A DNA stretch of 64,000 nt from a virus (lineage: Duplodnaviria > Heunggongvirae > Uroviricota > Caudoviricetes). Every line of letters starts with the position of its first letter. The first letter of the stretch is position 1. The DNA is taken from the IMG/VR virus record IMGVR_UViG_3300037461_001229, positions 1 to 64,000 of that record, one strand, 5' to 3'. The notes beneath the pieces were generated by a model. That model saw only the letters and a list, made by a program, of their open reading frames with translations, did no database searches and was not told the DNA's origin. A program made the translations under genes and the position numbers. This document shows positions 29,640 to 39,606 of the stretch, one piece after another.

Positions 29640-30032
29640 TTAATTAATCTCTCTATAGAATGCCTCGCCATTAGAGGCCACACCAATGCACCCAACCTCA
29701 GTCAGTCCATAGCCATCCCTGAGTATATCCAGAAACTCATTCATTATGGTAGTCTCTTTTTCAAGGAGAGCCTGATATTCATCTTCGGTCAGACCGTCCT
29801 CCTGATAATCATAGTCTGCCTCAATATAGTCTATACATGCCCCGCTATAGTAAGCAAAAGTCATAATAGCTATAAGAGTCTTAACATCTGGCTGTTCCCT
29901 TAGTTCATAGGAAGGATAATTTCTGTTGTACTCTCTTGTCATCCGGTCTATTACCGGATAATTACCGCCTTCGTAGTCCTCATCTGTGACCACTATACAG
30001 CGATTTTTGTAGCAGAAATTTGGCGTGCTCAT
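29640..30032 (-). CDS. hypothetical protein
   Basis: 130-aa acidic ORF. Confidence 0.25.
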   Translation of the reverse strand: MSTPNFCYKNRCIVVTDEDYEGGNYPVIDRMTREYNRNYPSYELREQPDVKTLIAIMTFAYYSGACIDYIEADYDYQEDGLTEDEYQALLEKETTIMNEFLDILRDGYGLTEVGCIGVASNGEAFYREIN

Positions 30033-30681
30033 AATTAATTGAATTTAAGGTTTATACATTGTTTTGCTATTTGTTTGTCGCCCTCTATAGTTATAAGGTC
30101 AAACATAATCTTACCAGTATTATATTTCTCCCCTAGATCAGTTAATAGAATCCTCTGTTTTAAGGCATATATAGCCCTATCCTGAGAACTATAGGGGGTT
30201 TTGCGTATTGGATGACTGCCCCAGATTGAGGTAATCAGTACATTGAATTTGATTGCTGTATTCATATCTTTATTGGTGTTAATTTGCTCCCTGATTGCAC
30301 ATTGAAGGCCACAGCCTAGCTGTATCAGGGATTGTGATTACTGATTACGATAAACAATGATTATGTTATCGTCAGTCCTGTGGTCTCTGTTGGAATGCAT
30401 GGTCAATGCCTGCCCTACTTTTAAATCTAGAATAGCATCCAGACTCTCTTGCATCGCATAAGCTATCTCGAAATTATTTCCCTCGTCCAGAAACTCACCT
30501 AAAAAATAGGTAAAATGCACAGGGATGCCCCTGTCTAGTCCGGTGATATAAAACCTCCGTTTACTGTTAATTGTTTTCATTGCCCGCTAGAGTTAAAAAA
30601 TGGTTACTACTAAAATAAAGATCATCACAATGGCATAATACAGCCATAAGCCTACTGATAATGTTCTTTGTGTTCTCATAA

Positions 30682-30972
30682 TTACTGAATATTAAGTTTA
30701 TTTAAGAATATTCTGAATCCCTTCCTGATATCAGCCTTATAGTTCTGACTCATATGGCTAAAGGTAGCCGGATTGCTGAGTATAATAGAGGTTATGGAGC
30801 AATACCTGATCTCAATCTCTTCATATAATATTCTAATGGTCTCGCCCCTCAATAGAGCCTCTTTAATGCCTGCCCAACTGCCGTCCAAGGCAGGATCAGA
30901 AAACTTACCCTCTGATTTAGCCTTAAGGTGTGCATTCACAATGCTTGTCTGTAATTTGGTTAGTCTATTCAT
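30682..30972 (-). CDS. hypothetical protein
   Basis: 96-aa ORF. Confidence 0.25.
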   Translation of the reverse strand: MNRLTKLQTSIVNAHLKAKSEGKFSDPALDGSWAGIKEALLRGETIRILYEEIEIRYCSITSIILSNPATFSHMSQNYKADIRKGFRIFLNKLNIQ

Positions 30973-31071
30973 CTCTTTGTGTATTAGTTAAACATAATCA
31001 CATTAATAATTAGCTATGAGCGACCCCCCGAAGGGAGGGGCGGCCTTTCACCGCCCAGACCTTGCGCTACG

Positions 31072-31371
31072 TTATTTTTCATCGGCCTCAACAATCTTAT
31101 ACTTTTTGAGAAGCAAATTATTCCACGTGTCTACGGTGAAACCATCGCCATACCTAACCACCCAATCCCTTGTAATTTTCCTCTCAGTCTCAGACTCCAC
31201 GAGGTCTATAATATCATTCTCATCCCCGTCAAAGCTTGCATCAATAACAATATTCCTATTAGCAACATGACCTATTGCCAATATAGAGTTACAAACTCTC
31301 TTTTCTCTCCGTTCATCAGAATAGATAATAAAATTCTCAAGATTAATCCACATAAAGGTTAAAGTTTCCAT
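31072..31371 (-). CDS. hypothetical protein
   Basis: 99-aa acidic ORF. Confidence 0.25.
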   Translation of the reverse strand: METLTFMWINLENFIIYSDERREKRVCNSILAIGHVANRNIVIDASFDGDENDIIDLVESETERKITRDWVVRYGDGFTVDTWNNLLLKKYKIVEADEK

Positions 31372-31742
31372 TGTCTTAATTATTAGTTAAACATAATATT
31401 AATTAAACTTGCGCCGTGTGCAGTATCGGACTGCATTAACTACGAGACACGGCAAAATATCACATCTATTTGATGATTTAATCACTTGACACTATCCCGA
31501 TAAGTTTTAAATCTGGGGTGTATACGTCACCTGCGTTGGCGTTTATACTCTCTCGAAACGCTCAGTTAATCTAATCGGTATCATCACGACACGAACCAAT
31601 AACAAAGCAATATTAAACCAATTAATTTAATTGGCAATACAAAAAACAAATTATTTTTAAGAAAAATGAATTTTTAACATATCGATTGATATATATCAAC
31701 TTTGGGATAGCTGTATATCAATCACAGGGCTGACATCGCCCG

Positions 31743-32192
31743 CTATAAGTCTATCTTATGATCAGATAAAAACTTACTCAACTGAGCCTGATATGTACTA
31801 TTAAAGTAATTAATAACTTCTATGCCCGCTATAGTTATCCTATAATACCTAATATCCTTTATAATATCACTATTCTCTATATACCCTAAACCTAATAACA
31901 ATCCAATATAATACTTTATCCTTCCCTTATCATAATACCCAGTTAACAAATATATCTGCCTCTCTGTAAACATCGATCCCTTGTAACAATGATATAAATA
32001 ACAGTTATTCAATACAACTATGGCATTGACAGGTAGCTTATACTTACTGCGTGTTGGCTTGATCAACCGGAACAGGTTGCTGAATAGTATGTATACTGCA
32101 TCCGGCCTACTGTTGAGTAATTGTAATGTATTGATAGATTGTGTGCTATTCACTTGTGTAACGCCCTCTTGTTTGTCTACCTTTGTAGTCAT
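31743..32192 (-). CDS. hypothetical protein
   Basis: 149-aa ORF; its 3' flank has operator-like palindromes. Confidence 0.25.
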   Translation of the reverse strand: MTTKVDKQEGVTQVNSTQSINTLQLLNSRPDAVYILFSNLFRLIKPTRSKYKLPVNAIVVLNNCYLYHCYKGSMFTERQIYLLTGYYDKGRIKYYIGLLLGLGYIENSDIIKDIRYYRITIAGIEVINYFNSTYQAQLSKFLSDHKIDL

Positions 32193-33352
32193 GTGACCAT
32201 AAATATAGTCGTTATTACTTAATCCCTCTCCCTATGTGGCTCTGAGTCATTAACCCTGCCCCTAAACAGCCTATAAATTGCTCTTTTTTAGTGGAGTCTA
32301 TGTTATGCTCAACTATTTTTAATGCATCTGGGTATAAAAAGAATTCTTTTCTGAAGCCGGTGGGATCGATAAATCGGTTTGCCTGAGCGATCCATGCCCC
32401 CTTATATTGATGGGTGACTCCCATCATACAAATATGTTTCATTTCAGCCAGGTATATATTATGATATTCTATTTTATCAGTCATTTGGGCTTATTTGCTT
32501 ACAGTTTCTTGTCTCCGTTCGGGGGGTAATTTACGAATTGTAACCAAATAGGGATATTTTCATGGTTATTTATTAATATTTTCTATATTTCTCTCCTTAA
32601 ACCACTGAATAAAGTCAATATCGGCCTTATTGGCTGGTATATTTGCGCATGTCTCCATGAATTCGAGTATTATACCTGCTAATTCGGCAGCCATAAGGGG
32701 TTGGTATTTCCTGTATGGAGGGTATGATTGGATTATATCAAGGAGTATTTTATTCATTTAGTAAGGGGTTAGGGTGTTTATGTGCTATAGCGGGTTTGAG
32801 GGGTGACTTTTCAACATCCCAGTAGTGGTCACAGGACTTGGTATTCTTGTCATATTGGAATGAGCCATAGGATTGCCAGTATTTGCTGGCTGGTGCCAGG
32901 AAGCGATAGCAGGACCTCTTTTTAGGGCACTTAACCCCTGAGCATTTTGATATATCAGTCATTATTTAATAATTTGCCTGATTTCTTTAATAACTCAAGG
33001 TCAAGAATTATATCATTCGCATCCTTTAATTTACGGGCCCTGCCAATGAACCAGATAAACGCATTGACTATTAACACAATTAAGGCGGAATACATCAGTA
33101 GTTTTATCATCGTGGTAGCTCGTTAATGTTTATATTGTAGTCATCACAAACCTCAACAATCCTGTTGAATATATATTCAATTGCCTGATTGACCGTCTTA
33201 GGCTTTCTCCTGTCCTCAGTTTCTTGTCTTAGGTTGTGTGTTATATAAAACAACACGATACCTATATCCAGCGACTTAACGCATCTCATGTGCGCCATAC
33301 TGTCATCAGGATCATCCAGGTTAAATTCAAGTGTTGCTTTCATGGTTTCTTA

Positions 33353-33811
33353 TTAAAATGGTAAATCTCCTTCCTCTTCATCGGGATCAGGCATGGGCTC
33401 TAACATGCTCTTTTCTGCTTTCTCTAGCCGGCGTTTCTCTGCCGGGGTGTAATTCCCCACGCTTTTGGAATCATCAGTGGTAATATCTGAATGTCTGATA
33501 TACATTGCCTTATTTTTGGATATATGCTTGGATACCCTATTCCCCTGCTTGTCAGTCCACGATATATCCTCCCCCTCGGCAAAGAAGGTTATCTCCACGT
33601 TATCCCCAACCTCAAAATCATCTATCCCAAGCCCCTTGGAGCCAAGCTCAAACTCCGGGAAGGTCTTGGACTTACGCATGGGATGATCAGTCTCTAGGAT
33701 TATTGAGGTAAAAACATAGTCCTGGCCGCCATTCTTACCCTTCTTATCTGGTGCGGTGCGGGTGGGCTTAGAATAGATCACCCCTGTTATCTTATTCTGG
33801 TTATTCGGCAT
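33353..33811 (-). CDS. ssb: single-stranded DNA-binding protein (SSB)
   Basis: OB-fold-like N-terminus; C-terminus ...PDPDEEEGDLPF is the canonical acidic SSB tail (DDDIPF-type). Confidence 0.6.
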   Translation of the reverse strand: MPNNQNKITGVIYSKPTRTAPDKKGKNGGQDYVFTSIILETDHPMRKSKTFPEFELGSKGLGIDDFEVGDNVEITFFAEGEDISWTDKQGNRVSKHISKNKAMYIRHSDITTDDSKSVGNYTPAEKRRLEKAEKSMLEPMPDPDEEEGDLPF

Positions 33812-34121
33812 CTAGAGCGTCTTTAAAGTATTCCTCTATTACATTAACCAGTTTGTCTTCTGGGGCATCAAGATAACTTCCCCCGGTATTAAGGTTTGTT
33901 ATTATGTGCCTTGCCAGGCGTTGAGCTCTTACAGACATATCTGAGAGACAGGACTTATAGCCGAGGTTAAACTTATTTTCGTCATAACTATCAAGGAGAT
34001 ACTCTATGGCATCCATCAAATCATCAAAATGACCTTTCTTGATGCCCTTGATTGCTTTCTTTGTTATTTTTCTCATAATAATATTTTCAGCAAATATAAA
34101 AGGAATAAATGAGAAAAGCAA
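33801..34121 (-). CDS. hypothetical protein
   Basis: 106-aa ORF. Confidence 0.25.
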   Translation of the reverse strand: MLFSFIPFIFAENIIMRKITKKAIKGIKKGHFDDLMDAIEYLLDSYDENKFNLGYKSCLSDMSVRAQRLARHIITNLNTGGSYLDAPEDKLVNVIEEYFKDALDAE

Positions 34122-34658
34122 GAAAAATCTCAGAAAAATGCATAGTATGGGAATACCGTTCAGAAAATCAGCATGTTCAAGTTACGTGAATATAAGTTAA
34201 ATTTGAACACCTTAGCCGGTCATAAAGAAAAAGGTTCTCTTCAAATCGCTTTCTCAGCTCTGGGTGAGTAGCTACACTCCCCCCACCCCCTCATTTCTGA
34301 AGGTCTACTCACCCGTCGCCTCGTCGCTTCATCTCATCAAACCACGGCCTATATCGTCAGACTATCCACGATAACATACCCACCTTGGATCGGCTATGCC
34401 ATTACCCCTACCTTGGCGGCGTAGGGTTGATAATAAATTACTATGGGGGGCTATAAAATAACGTGGGGGTGCATTTGGTAGTTCCGATAATTGGAAACGA
34501 AGGTTGGAAACCTTCTCTTGAGCACCCCCCGCTATTATATTCTTCGACAAATCTAATCATAAATTTCCAATTATCAAAGCAAATCTACCAGAATTTCTGC
34601 AAAGATAAACATTATTTTTTAATATCCAAATTTATTTGGATAATTTACAAATTGTAAT

Positions 34659-34666
34659 TAACTTTG
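34659..34666 (+). promoter_or_regulatory. Bacteroidota -7 element upstream of pdxH
   Basis: taactttg. Confidence 0.4.
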
Positions 34667-34672
34667 ACGCAA

Positions 34673-35257
34673 ATGATAAAGAATCCATTTACAAGATTTA
34701 AGGTCTGGTATAACTTAAGAACTAAGACCTATAGCGGGGATGCATCATATATGATCCTATCCACTGCTGATTCTTCCGGCGATGTGTCATCCAGGGTGGT
34801 ACTACTGAAATCATTTGACGAGGATGGTTTTGTCTTCTACACCAACTATAATAGTAAGAAAGGAAGGCATCTTGATGATAACCCAAGGGCAGCGCTGCTG
34901 TTCTATTGGCCCGAGCTGGATAAGCAGATACGTATAGAAGGGGATGTTGAGCGGGTACCGGAGGATGTCTCTAATGATTATTTTACCACCAGACCCAGGA
35001 TAAGTAAGGTTGGTGCTCATGCCTCAAGACAAAGCAAGGTATTAAGCAGCAGAATCAGGCTTATTTTCAGGGTGGCAAGATATATATTTAAATACCCCAG
35101 GGAGGTTCCGAGGCCGTTACACTGGGGTGGCTACCGGCTAAAGCCCAATATGTTTGAGTTCTGGGATAACGGCAAATATAGACTACATGACAGAACCCGC
35201 TATAGGCTCAAGGTTGGCTCAGTGGGATCGTGGGTTATTGAAAAACTTTATCCTTAA
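34673..35257 (+). CDS. pdxH: pyridoxamine 5'-phosphate oxidase
   Basis: RVVLLKSFDEDGFVFYTNYNSKKG...NPRAALLFYWPELDKQIRIEG...FEFWDNGKYRLHDRTRYR...WVIEKLYP aligns along the full length with bacterial PdxH including the C-terminal FW..G...RLHDR block; start moved from TTG 34664 to ATG 34673. Confidence 0.85.
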   Translation: MIKNPFTRFKVWYNLRTKTYSGDASYMILSTADSSGDVSSRVVLLKSFDEDGFVFYTNYNSKKGRHLDDNPRAALLFYWPELDKQIRIEGDVERVPEDVSNDYFTTRPRISKVGAHASRQSKVLSSRIRLIFRVARYIFKYPREVPRPLHWGGYRLKPNMFEFWDNGKYRLHDRTRYRLKVGSVGSWVIEKLYP

Positions 35258-35315
35258 ACATTTGGAAATATCAAAAACAATTCTTATCTTTGTTTTTGAA
35301 TTGAATTATTAATAT

Positions 35316-35540
35316 TTTGCCCCCGCCACGGGAGATTTTGCCAACGAGTGTGGCCTGGATAAGTCGATATCAACGCTTCTGGCGGGGGTTTGAAAGTTCT
35401 TCGAAATGATGATATTGTCTCTAAAACCCCCAAGAGGGCGACCTGTCGTGGGCCGATAAGTAATGTAGGAGACCCCCGGGAGGGTATTGCCAGGTTCAGT
35501 TTCGGTAACGGGGCTGTTTTTCGGATACCCGCCCATCACC
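35316..35540 (+). ncRNA. GC-rich structured RNA-like region of unknown identity
   Basis: GC content far above flanks; competing helices cccccgcca(35320-28)/tggcggggg(35380-88) and gggggttt(35384-91)/aaaccccc(35424-31); spurious antisense ORF 35309..35539 is typical of an RNA gene. Confidence 0.25.
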
Positions 35541-35612
35541 GTGGCAGAGTGAAACGGATAATCATCAAAGACTCATAATCTTTGGATAGTGGGTTCGACT
35601 CCCATTGCCGCA
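35541..35612 (+). tRNA. tRNA-like element with CAT anticodon (Met/Ile2-like); imperfect, possibly pseudo-tRNA or att remnant
   Basis: manual cloverleaf: acceptor gtggcag/ttgccgc (2 GU), D stem gtga/tcat, perfect anticodon stem aaaga/tcttt with loop CTCATAA, T loop TTCGACT but only 4-bp T stem. Confidence 0.3.
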
Positions 35613-36247
35613 ACAAGGGCTAGCGTCCGTCAGAGTCGCATAGCGTCTCGAGGGCCGGAAGGTACAATGGTCGTGCGCCCTTTTTAAAATGTCACGTTTT
35701 CGCCGGCAAAAACGTGACAAATTGATAATAATTAATAATTAAATATAAAATGGCATTTATCCCATTATTGGTATTGTACTACATGGATAGTGAGGAGGAG
35801 ATAGAAAGAAAATCCAATCTTGGCCAGGAGCCCAGAATGGAAGAGGGGGAGATACGTATAAACACCATGCATATATGTTCTTATAATGAGACCGATAAGA
35901 GTCATGTGATATGCCGCATGACTAATGGAGATATACTTGAGCTCCCAATGCCGGTAGAGACATTCGAGGCGTTATTAGCCCAGTCTGAGGTGATATTGAA
36001 TTTTTCGGAGTTAAGCGATAATTAGTTCTTTATAGGTTGCCCGTAGGCGGGCAGACAGAACAATAACGGTTTGGATTACCGATTCATACTGTTTCTCACG
36101 GGTTTTATTGTTTGACGTGAGGGAATTCGTGAGCCTGCAAGAGAGAGTAAATGCAGTATCCCTACAATACGCGAGACCTTGTAAAGAATAGAAAAGGGGC
36201 AATTAAGCCCCTTTTCTTATTTACAAATTGTAAATTGCATCTATGAA

Positions 36248-37162
36248 TCACCTTGCTGTTGGTGCCATTATTCCCCCCTTGCACTTTAGTGGAGTATCTA
36301 TTTTTCTGGATCGGCATATAGCTCCACAATCCTTACACCTAAATGCAAGATACCTATTGACAGACGTGGTATAATAACCACATTCCTCTATCTCAGTGGA
36401 GCCGCACGTTGGACAACTAGGTTCAATTGCTTCTTGGTATATCGCCATGTTTGGATGTGATTTGATGTACGGTCTTAAAAACACATACGCCTCTTCCGCC
36501 AGAAATACATCCTTCTGGTTATAAACAGACATCTCTTCTAAGGACTTCTGATCACCAGCCATACACCTAAGCCATAAGGCATACTCGGTGTGTATCTTGC
36601 GGTCATTAAGCATAAGTTCCCCTATATAGTCAAGCCTGTTAGATGAGAACCTGAAGTTCTTCTGTGCTACTATAAGGGTATCTATCATCTGGAATGGCGA
36701 TGGAGGGGCTAGCTTATTCATTATAAACCTTGTCTGGGCTTTTGGTACGTCAAATTTGATGATGTTATGGCCTATTAGGATATCCGCCTGGTCAAATAGT
36801 TTCCAAAGCTCCCGGGTGATCCGGCTATCATCTTTAGCTATGGCTTCCTTGGGAGTCAGAACCCCGGAATAGATATTAGGACCAAACAGCCACTTGGCAG
36901 CATAGGACAGCATGTGCCATTCATTTATTATCTGTTCATAGCCTATTCGCTGTTTCCCGGTGTGCCAGGTGTGGGCTTGTAGTGGGGTGACCTCAATATC
37001 TATGATCAGGGCTTTAGGCTGCTTTGTTTCCCAGAACCTCTTACGCCTCTTATATCTTTCCAGGGAATCTTGTCGCAGGTTGAAGTGTTCAAGGGTAGCT
37101 GGCTCGCCGTACTCCTGCAGGTAGGCAAGTACCCGTTCAATGTGTTCAATGGATACTGCCAT
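36248..37162 (-). CDS. DEDD-family 3'-5' exonuclease with C-terminal zinc finger
   Basis: ALIIDIEVTP (Exo I D-x-E), HNIIKFDVP (Exo II), YIGELM (Exo III region), C-terminal CPTCGS...CKDCGAIC. Confidence 0.6.
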   Translation of the reverse strand: MAVSIEHIERVLAYLQEYGEPATLEHFNLRQDSLERYKRRKRFWETKQPKALIIDIEVTPLQAHTWHTGKQRIGYEQIINEWHMLSYAAKWLFGPNIYSGVLTPKEAIAKDDSRITRELWKLFDQADILIGHNIIKFDVPKAQTRFIMNKLAPPSPFQMIDTLIVAQKNFRFSSNRLDYIGELMLNDRKIHTEYALWLRCMAGDQKSLEEMSVYNQKDVFLAEEAYVFLRPYIKSHPNMAIYQEAIEPSCPTCGSTEIEECGYYTTSVNRYLAFRCKDCGAICRSRKIDTPLKCKGGIMAPTAR

Positions 37163-37476
37163 TACTTATCGGATTTATTATTAATGTAATCATCAATCTT
37201 TGTTCTTTCTGCATCCCAGTCATTCTTAAAGGCTTTTGCCTGCTTGTCCCTGAAGAACTTGGCATCCGATAACCGCCAGAAGTATCCCTTGGCCAGGAGC
37301 TCCTCTGCGAAGCTCACCAAGGTATTCTTGATTATCTGCTTTGTTGGCTGCTCCTGGTGTATGCGGGTAGCCAATGCTTCTATGTATGCCATGGGCAGCT
37401 TCCGTGTCCTGTTGGCACGCTTGCGGGTGAAGATGTTACCAAACCAGCTATCACCTTTCTTTTTCTTTTTCGACAT
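37162..37476 (-). CDS. hypothetical basic protein
   Basis: 104-aa K/R-rich ORF. Confidence 0.25.
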   Translation of the reverse strand: MSKKKKKGDSWFGNIFTRKRANRTRKLPMAYIEALATRIHQEQPTKQIIKNTLVSFAEELLAKGYFWRLSDAKFFRDKQAKAFKNDWDAERTKIDDYINNKSDK

Positions 37477-37738
37477 AGTTTTTAAGATTTTCGTTTATAT
37501 AATCAGCAATGTACTTAGCATTTGTGTGATCTAATATTATCTTATTAAAAGTTATCGTTCCAAAGAATAAAAATTTCAGCCTCCGCTTAAAGTTATAGAA
37601 ATGGGGAAGGTACTTAAACTGTGTAAAGCAGAAAGACTTCTCTTCTTTCCAGTATTCCACTTCCATAATTTCAGCTCCACATTCACACTTAGCCGAGGCT
37701 TGAATAAGCTGTTTTTCCATTATCTCAATTTTCGACAA
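37451..37738 (-). CDS. small zinc-finger protein
   Basis: CECGAEIMEVEY... Confidence 0.25.
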   Translation of the reverse strand: MSKIEIMEKQLIQASAKCECGAEIMEVEYWKEEKSFCFTQFKYLPHFYNFKRRLKFLFFGTITFNKIILDHTNAKYIADYINENLKNYVEKEKER

Positions 37739-37853
37739 ATGTATAAACTATATTCGACATTTCCAAACGATTAAGATAAAAAGTGAAAAAATATTGTAAA
37801 ATATTTGGATTTGTCAAAAGTATGGTTTATCTTTGTGGAAATTTACGGATAAT

Positions 37854-38163
37854 GAACCCGCAAGAGAAAGAATTAGATTTTATAGATTATACCAACATTA
37901 ATAATAGCTGGCTTTTAAGGTTTAATGAAAAACTGACCTTAATTCTACTCAAGCTCAGGGATAAGACAGACCTTATTGAGGATGATTATGAATGCATAGA
38001 GGTGCTGTATCGGATACACAGGGATCAGGAATACCCATTATACCGACCAGTTGGTGATTTACATGACGATGTGGCAGTACAAGTAGGGCTTTTTGCGGAG
38101 AATCTGTCAGGTAATGACGCAAAACCCGCGGTGATTAATCCGAATGACGATTTAGCATTATGA
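37854..38163 (+). CDS. hypothetical protein
   Basis: ORF 37783..38163 trimmed to ATG downstream of the -7 box at 37828-37835. Confidence 0.3.
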
Positions 38164-38184
38164 ATTAATATTAAATAATAAATT

Positions 38185-39078
38185 ATGATTTGTATTTATC
38201 ATTCAAGAGACCTTGATGGATGGATGTCGGCAGCCATTGTTAAACTTAAATATCCTGACGTTGAATTAATCGGATGGGACTACGGTGTCCCCATTCCCGA
38301 CCTTTCTAGACATGATCAGATTGTCATGTGTGATGTTAGCTTTCCCCTTGCTGAAATGGACTTGATAGCATCAAGAGTAAAATCAATCCAGAGAGATTTT
38401 ATTTGGATTGATCATCACCTGTCGGCTATAAAAGCAAATTCTTTTGAGGTGGACGGTAACTTCATGTGTGGCTATGGGGGAATAAGAGATTCAAGATTTG
38501 CTGCCTGTGAACTTACATGGAAATTTTTTTTCCCAGATGAAACCATGCCGGAGATTGTTCGTCTCCTTGGCCGTTATGATTGTTTTGGGCACAAAGGAAC
38601 AGATGAGGAGTTGAAGGTGTTGGAGTTTCAGTATGGAGCAAGGGCGAATTTTTTTGATCCTGAAACGTGTCTGCAAGCGTTAAAGGACTGGGATGATAAT
38701 TTGGAGCATTCCATTCAGGTAGCAGGATATAACATATACAACTACCTTTGTACCGAGGCGCAACAGATATATGCAAGACGGTTTACCGTAAGACTCGATG
38801 GTAAATTATTTGCCTGTGTAAATCAGGAACGATTCAATCCTGTGAATTTCGGTATTGATTATCATAAGGACGGATATGATGGGTTCGCTTGTTTTCATTA
38901 TCAGAACGGCCAATTCACTTATTCTCTTTATAGTGATAACGGGAATGTAGATTGTTCGGTATTATGTAAGCGGCGTGGTGGCGGTGGTCATAAGGGCGCC
39001 GCAGGGTTCCGTACCGACAAAATGCTTCAGGAAATAGAGAAAATAAGCCAAGATGGCATGATATGTGAGTCGGCATAA
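38185..39078 (+). CDS. DHH-family phosphoesterase (nanoRNase/RecJ-like catalytic domain)
   Basis: N-terminal CIYHSRDLDG (motif I/II Asp) and WIDHH (DHH motif III); glycine-rich GGGGHKGAAG near C-terminus as in DHHA1. Confidence 0.55.
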   Translation: MICIYHSRDLDGWMSAAIVKLKYPDVELIGWDYGVPIPDLSRHDQIVMCDVSFPLAEMDLIASRVKSIQRDFIWIDHHLSAIKANSFEVDGNFMCGYGGIRDSRFAACELTWKFFFPDETMPEIVRLLGRYDCFGHKGTDEELKVLEFQYGARANFFDPETCLQALKDWDDNLEHSIQVAGYNIYNYLCTEAQQIYARRFTVRLDGKLFACVNQERFNPVNFGIDYHKDGYDGFACFHYQNGQFTYSLYSDNGNVDCSVLCKRRGGGGHKGAAGFRTDKMLQEIEKISQDGMICESA

Positions 39079-39120
39079 CTTTTGATTATGGTTTAGCATA
39101 ACCATAAAATTATTAAAACG

Positions 39121-39357
39121 ATGATAAGGAGATTTTGGGAATACATGTGGTGGGAAGGCCCATGGAGAACAAGCTGGACATTCGGGGAGATAGTTGATAC
39201 CAGTAAATTTGACATAATTAACGGAGAGAAGGTTCCCCGGAAAGATTACCGTAAGCGCCTGCTAGAGGAAAAAGATCAGGAGCTTAAACAACTTGAAGAA
39301 TACTACGAGAAAAGAAAAAATGAGATTGCTATTAAAAAGAAAGCTCTGCTAGAGTAG
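39121..39357 (+). CDS. hypothetical coiled-coil protein
   Basis: 78-aa ORF. Confidence 0.25.
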   Translation: MIRRFWEYMWWEGPWRTSWTFGEIVDTSKFDIINGEKVPRKDYRKRLLEEKDQELKQLEEYYEKRKNEIAIKKKALLE

Positions 39358-39606
39358 ACATTAAAAACAGGAAGGTTCAGTAGCAGGAAGAGGGAGGAAG
39401 AGATTCCTCCTTTTTTTATGCGGTAAGGAATGTTGTAAATATCCAACACTATAGGCAAAATAAGGCTATAATGATGGTTCTTTGCTACAAAAAAAGTGAC
39501 CACGGGGCGGCAGAAAACTGAATATTTATTTGGAAATCTCAAGTATCTTTTCTATATTTGCTGCGTTAAGTGATACTTTAATAGAAAATTTACTAAAAAC
39601 AAGCAG

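Noticed and set aside
34664-34672. TTG start at 34664 for pdxH
   Set aside because: It overlaps the -7 box taactttg; ATG 34673 was used instead.
35316-35700. tmRNA (ssrA) hypothesis, because of a TTCGACTCCC T-arm-like 3' motif and an integrase-style target
   Set aside because: There is no GGGG…/…CCACCA acceptor pairing. No tag-peptide reading frame ending in ALAA-stop exists on either strand. The 5' part lacks the conserved GGnTTCGAC segment in a pairing context.
35316-35700. RNase P RNA hypothesis
   Set aside because: Only a weak GTGAAACGG resemblance to one conserved region. The P4 signature sequences (GGAAAGTCCGG / ACAGAACCCGGCTTA) are absent.
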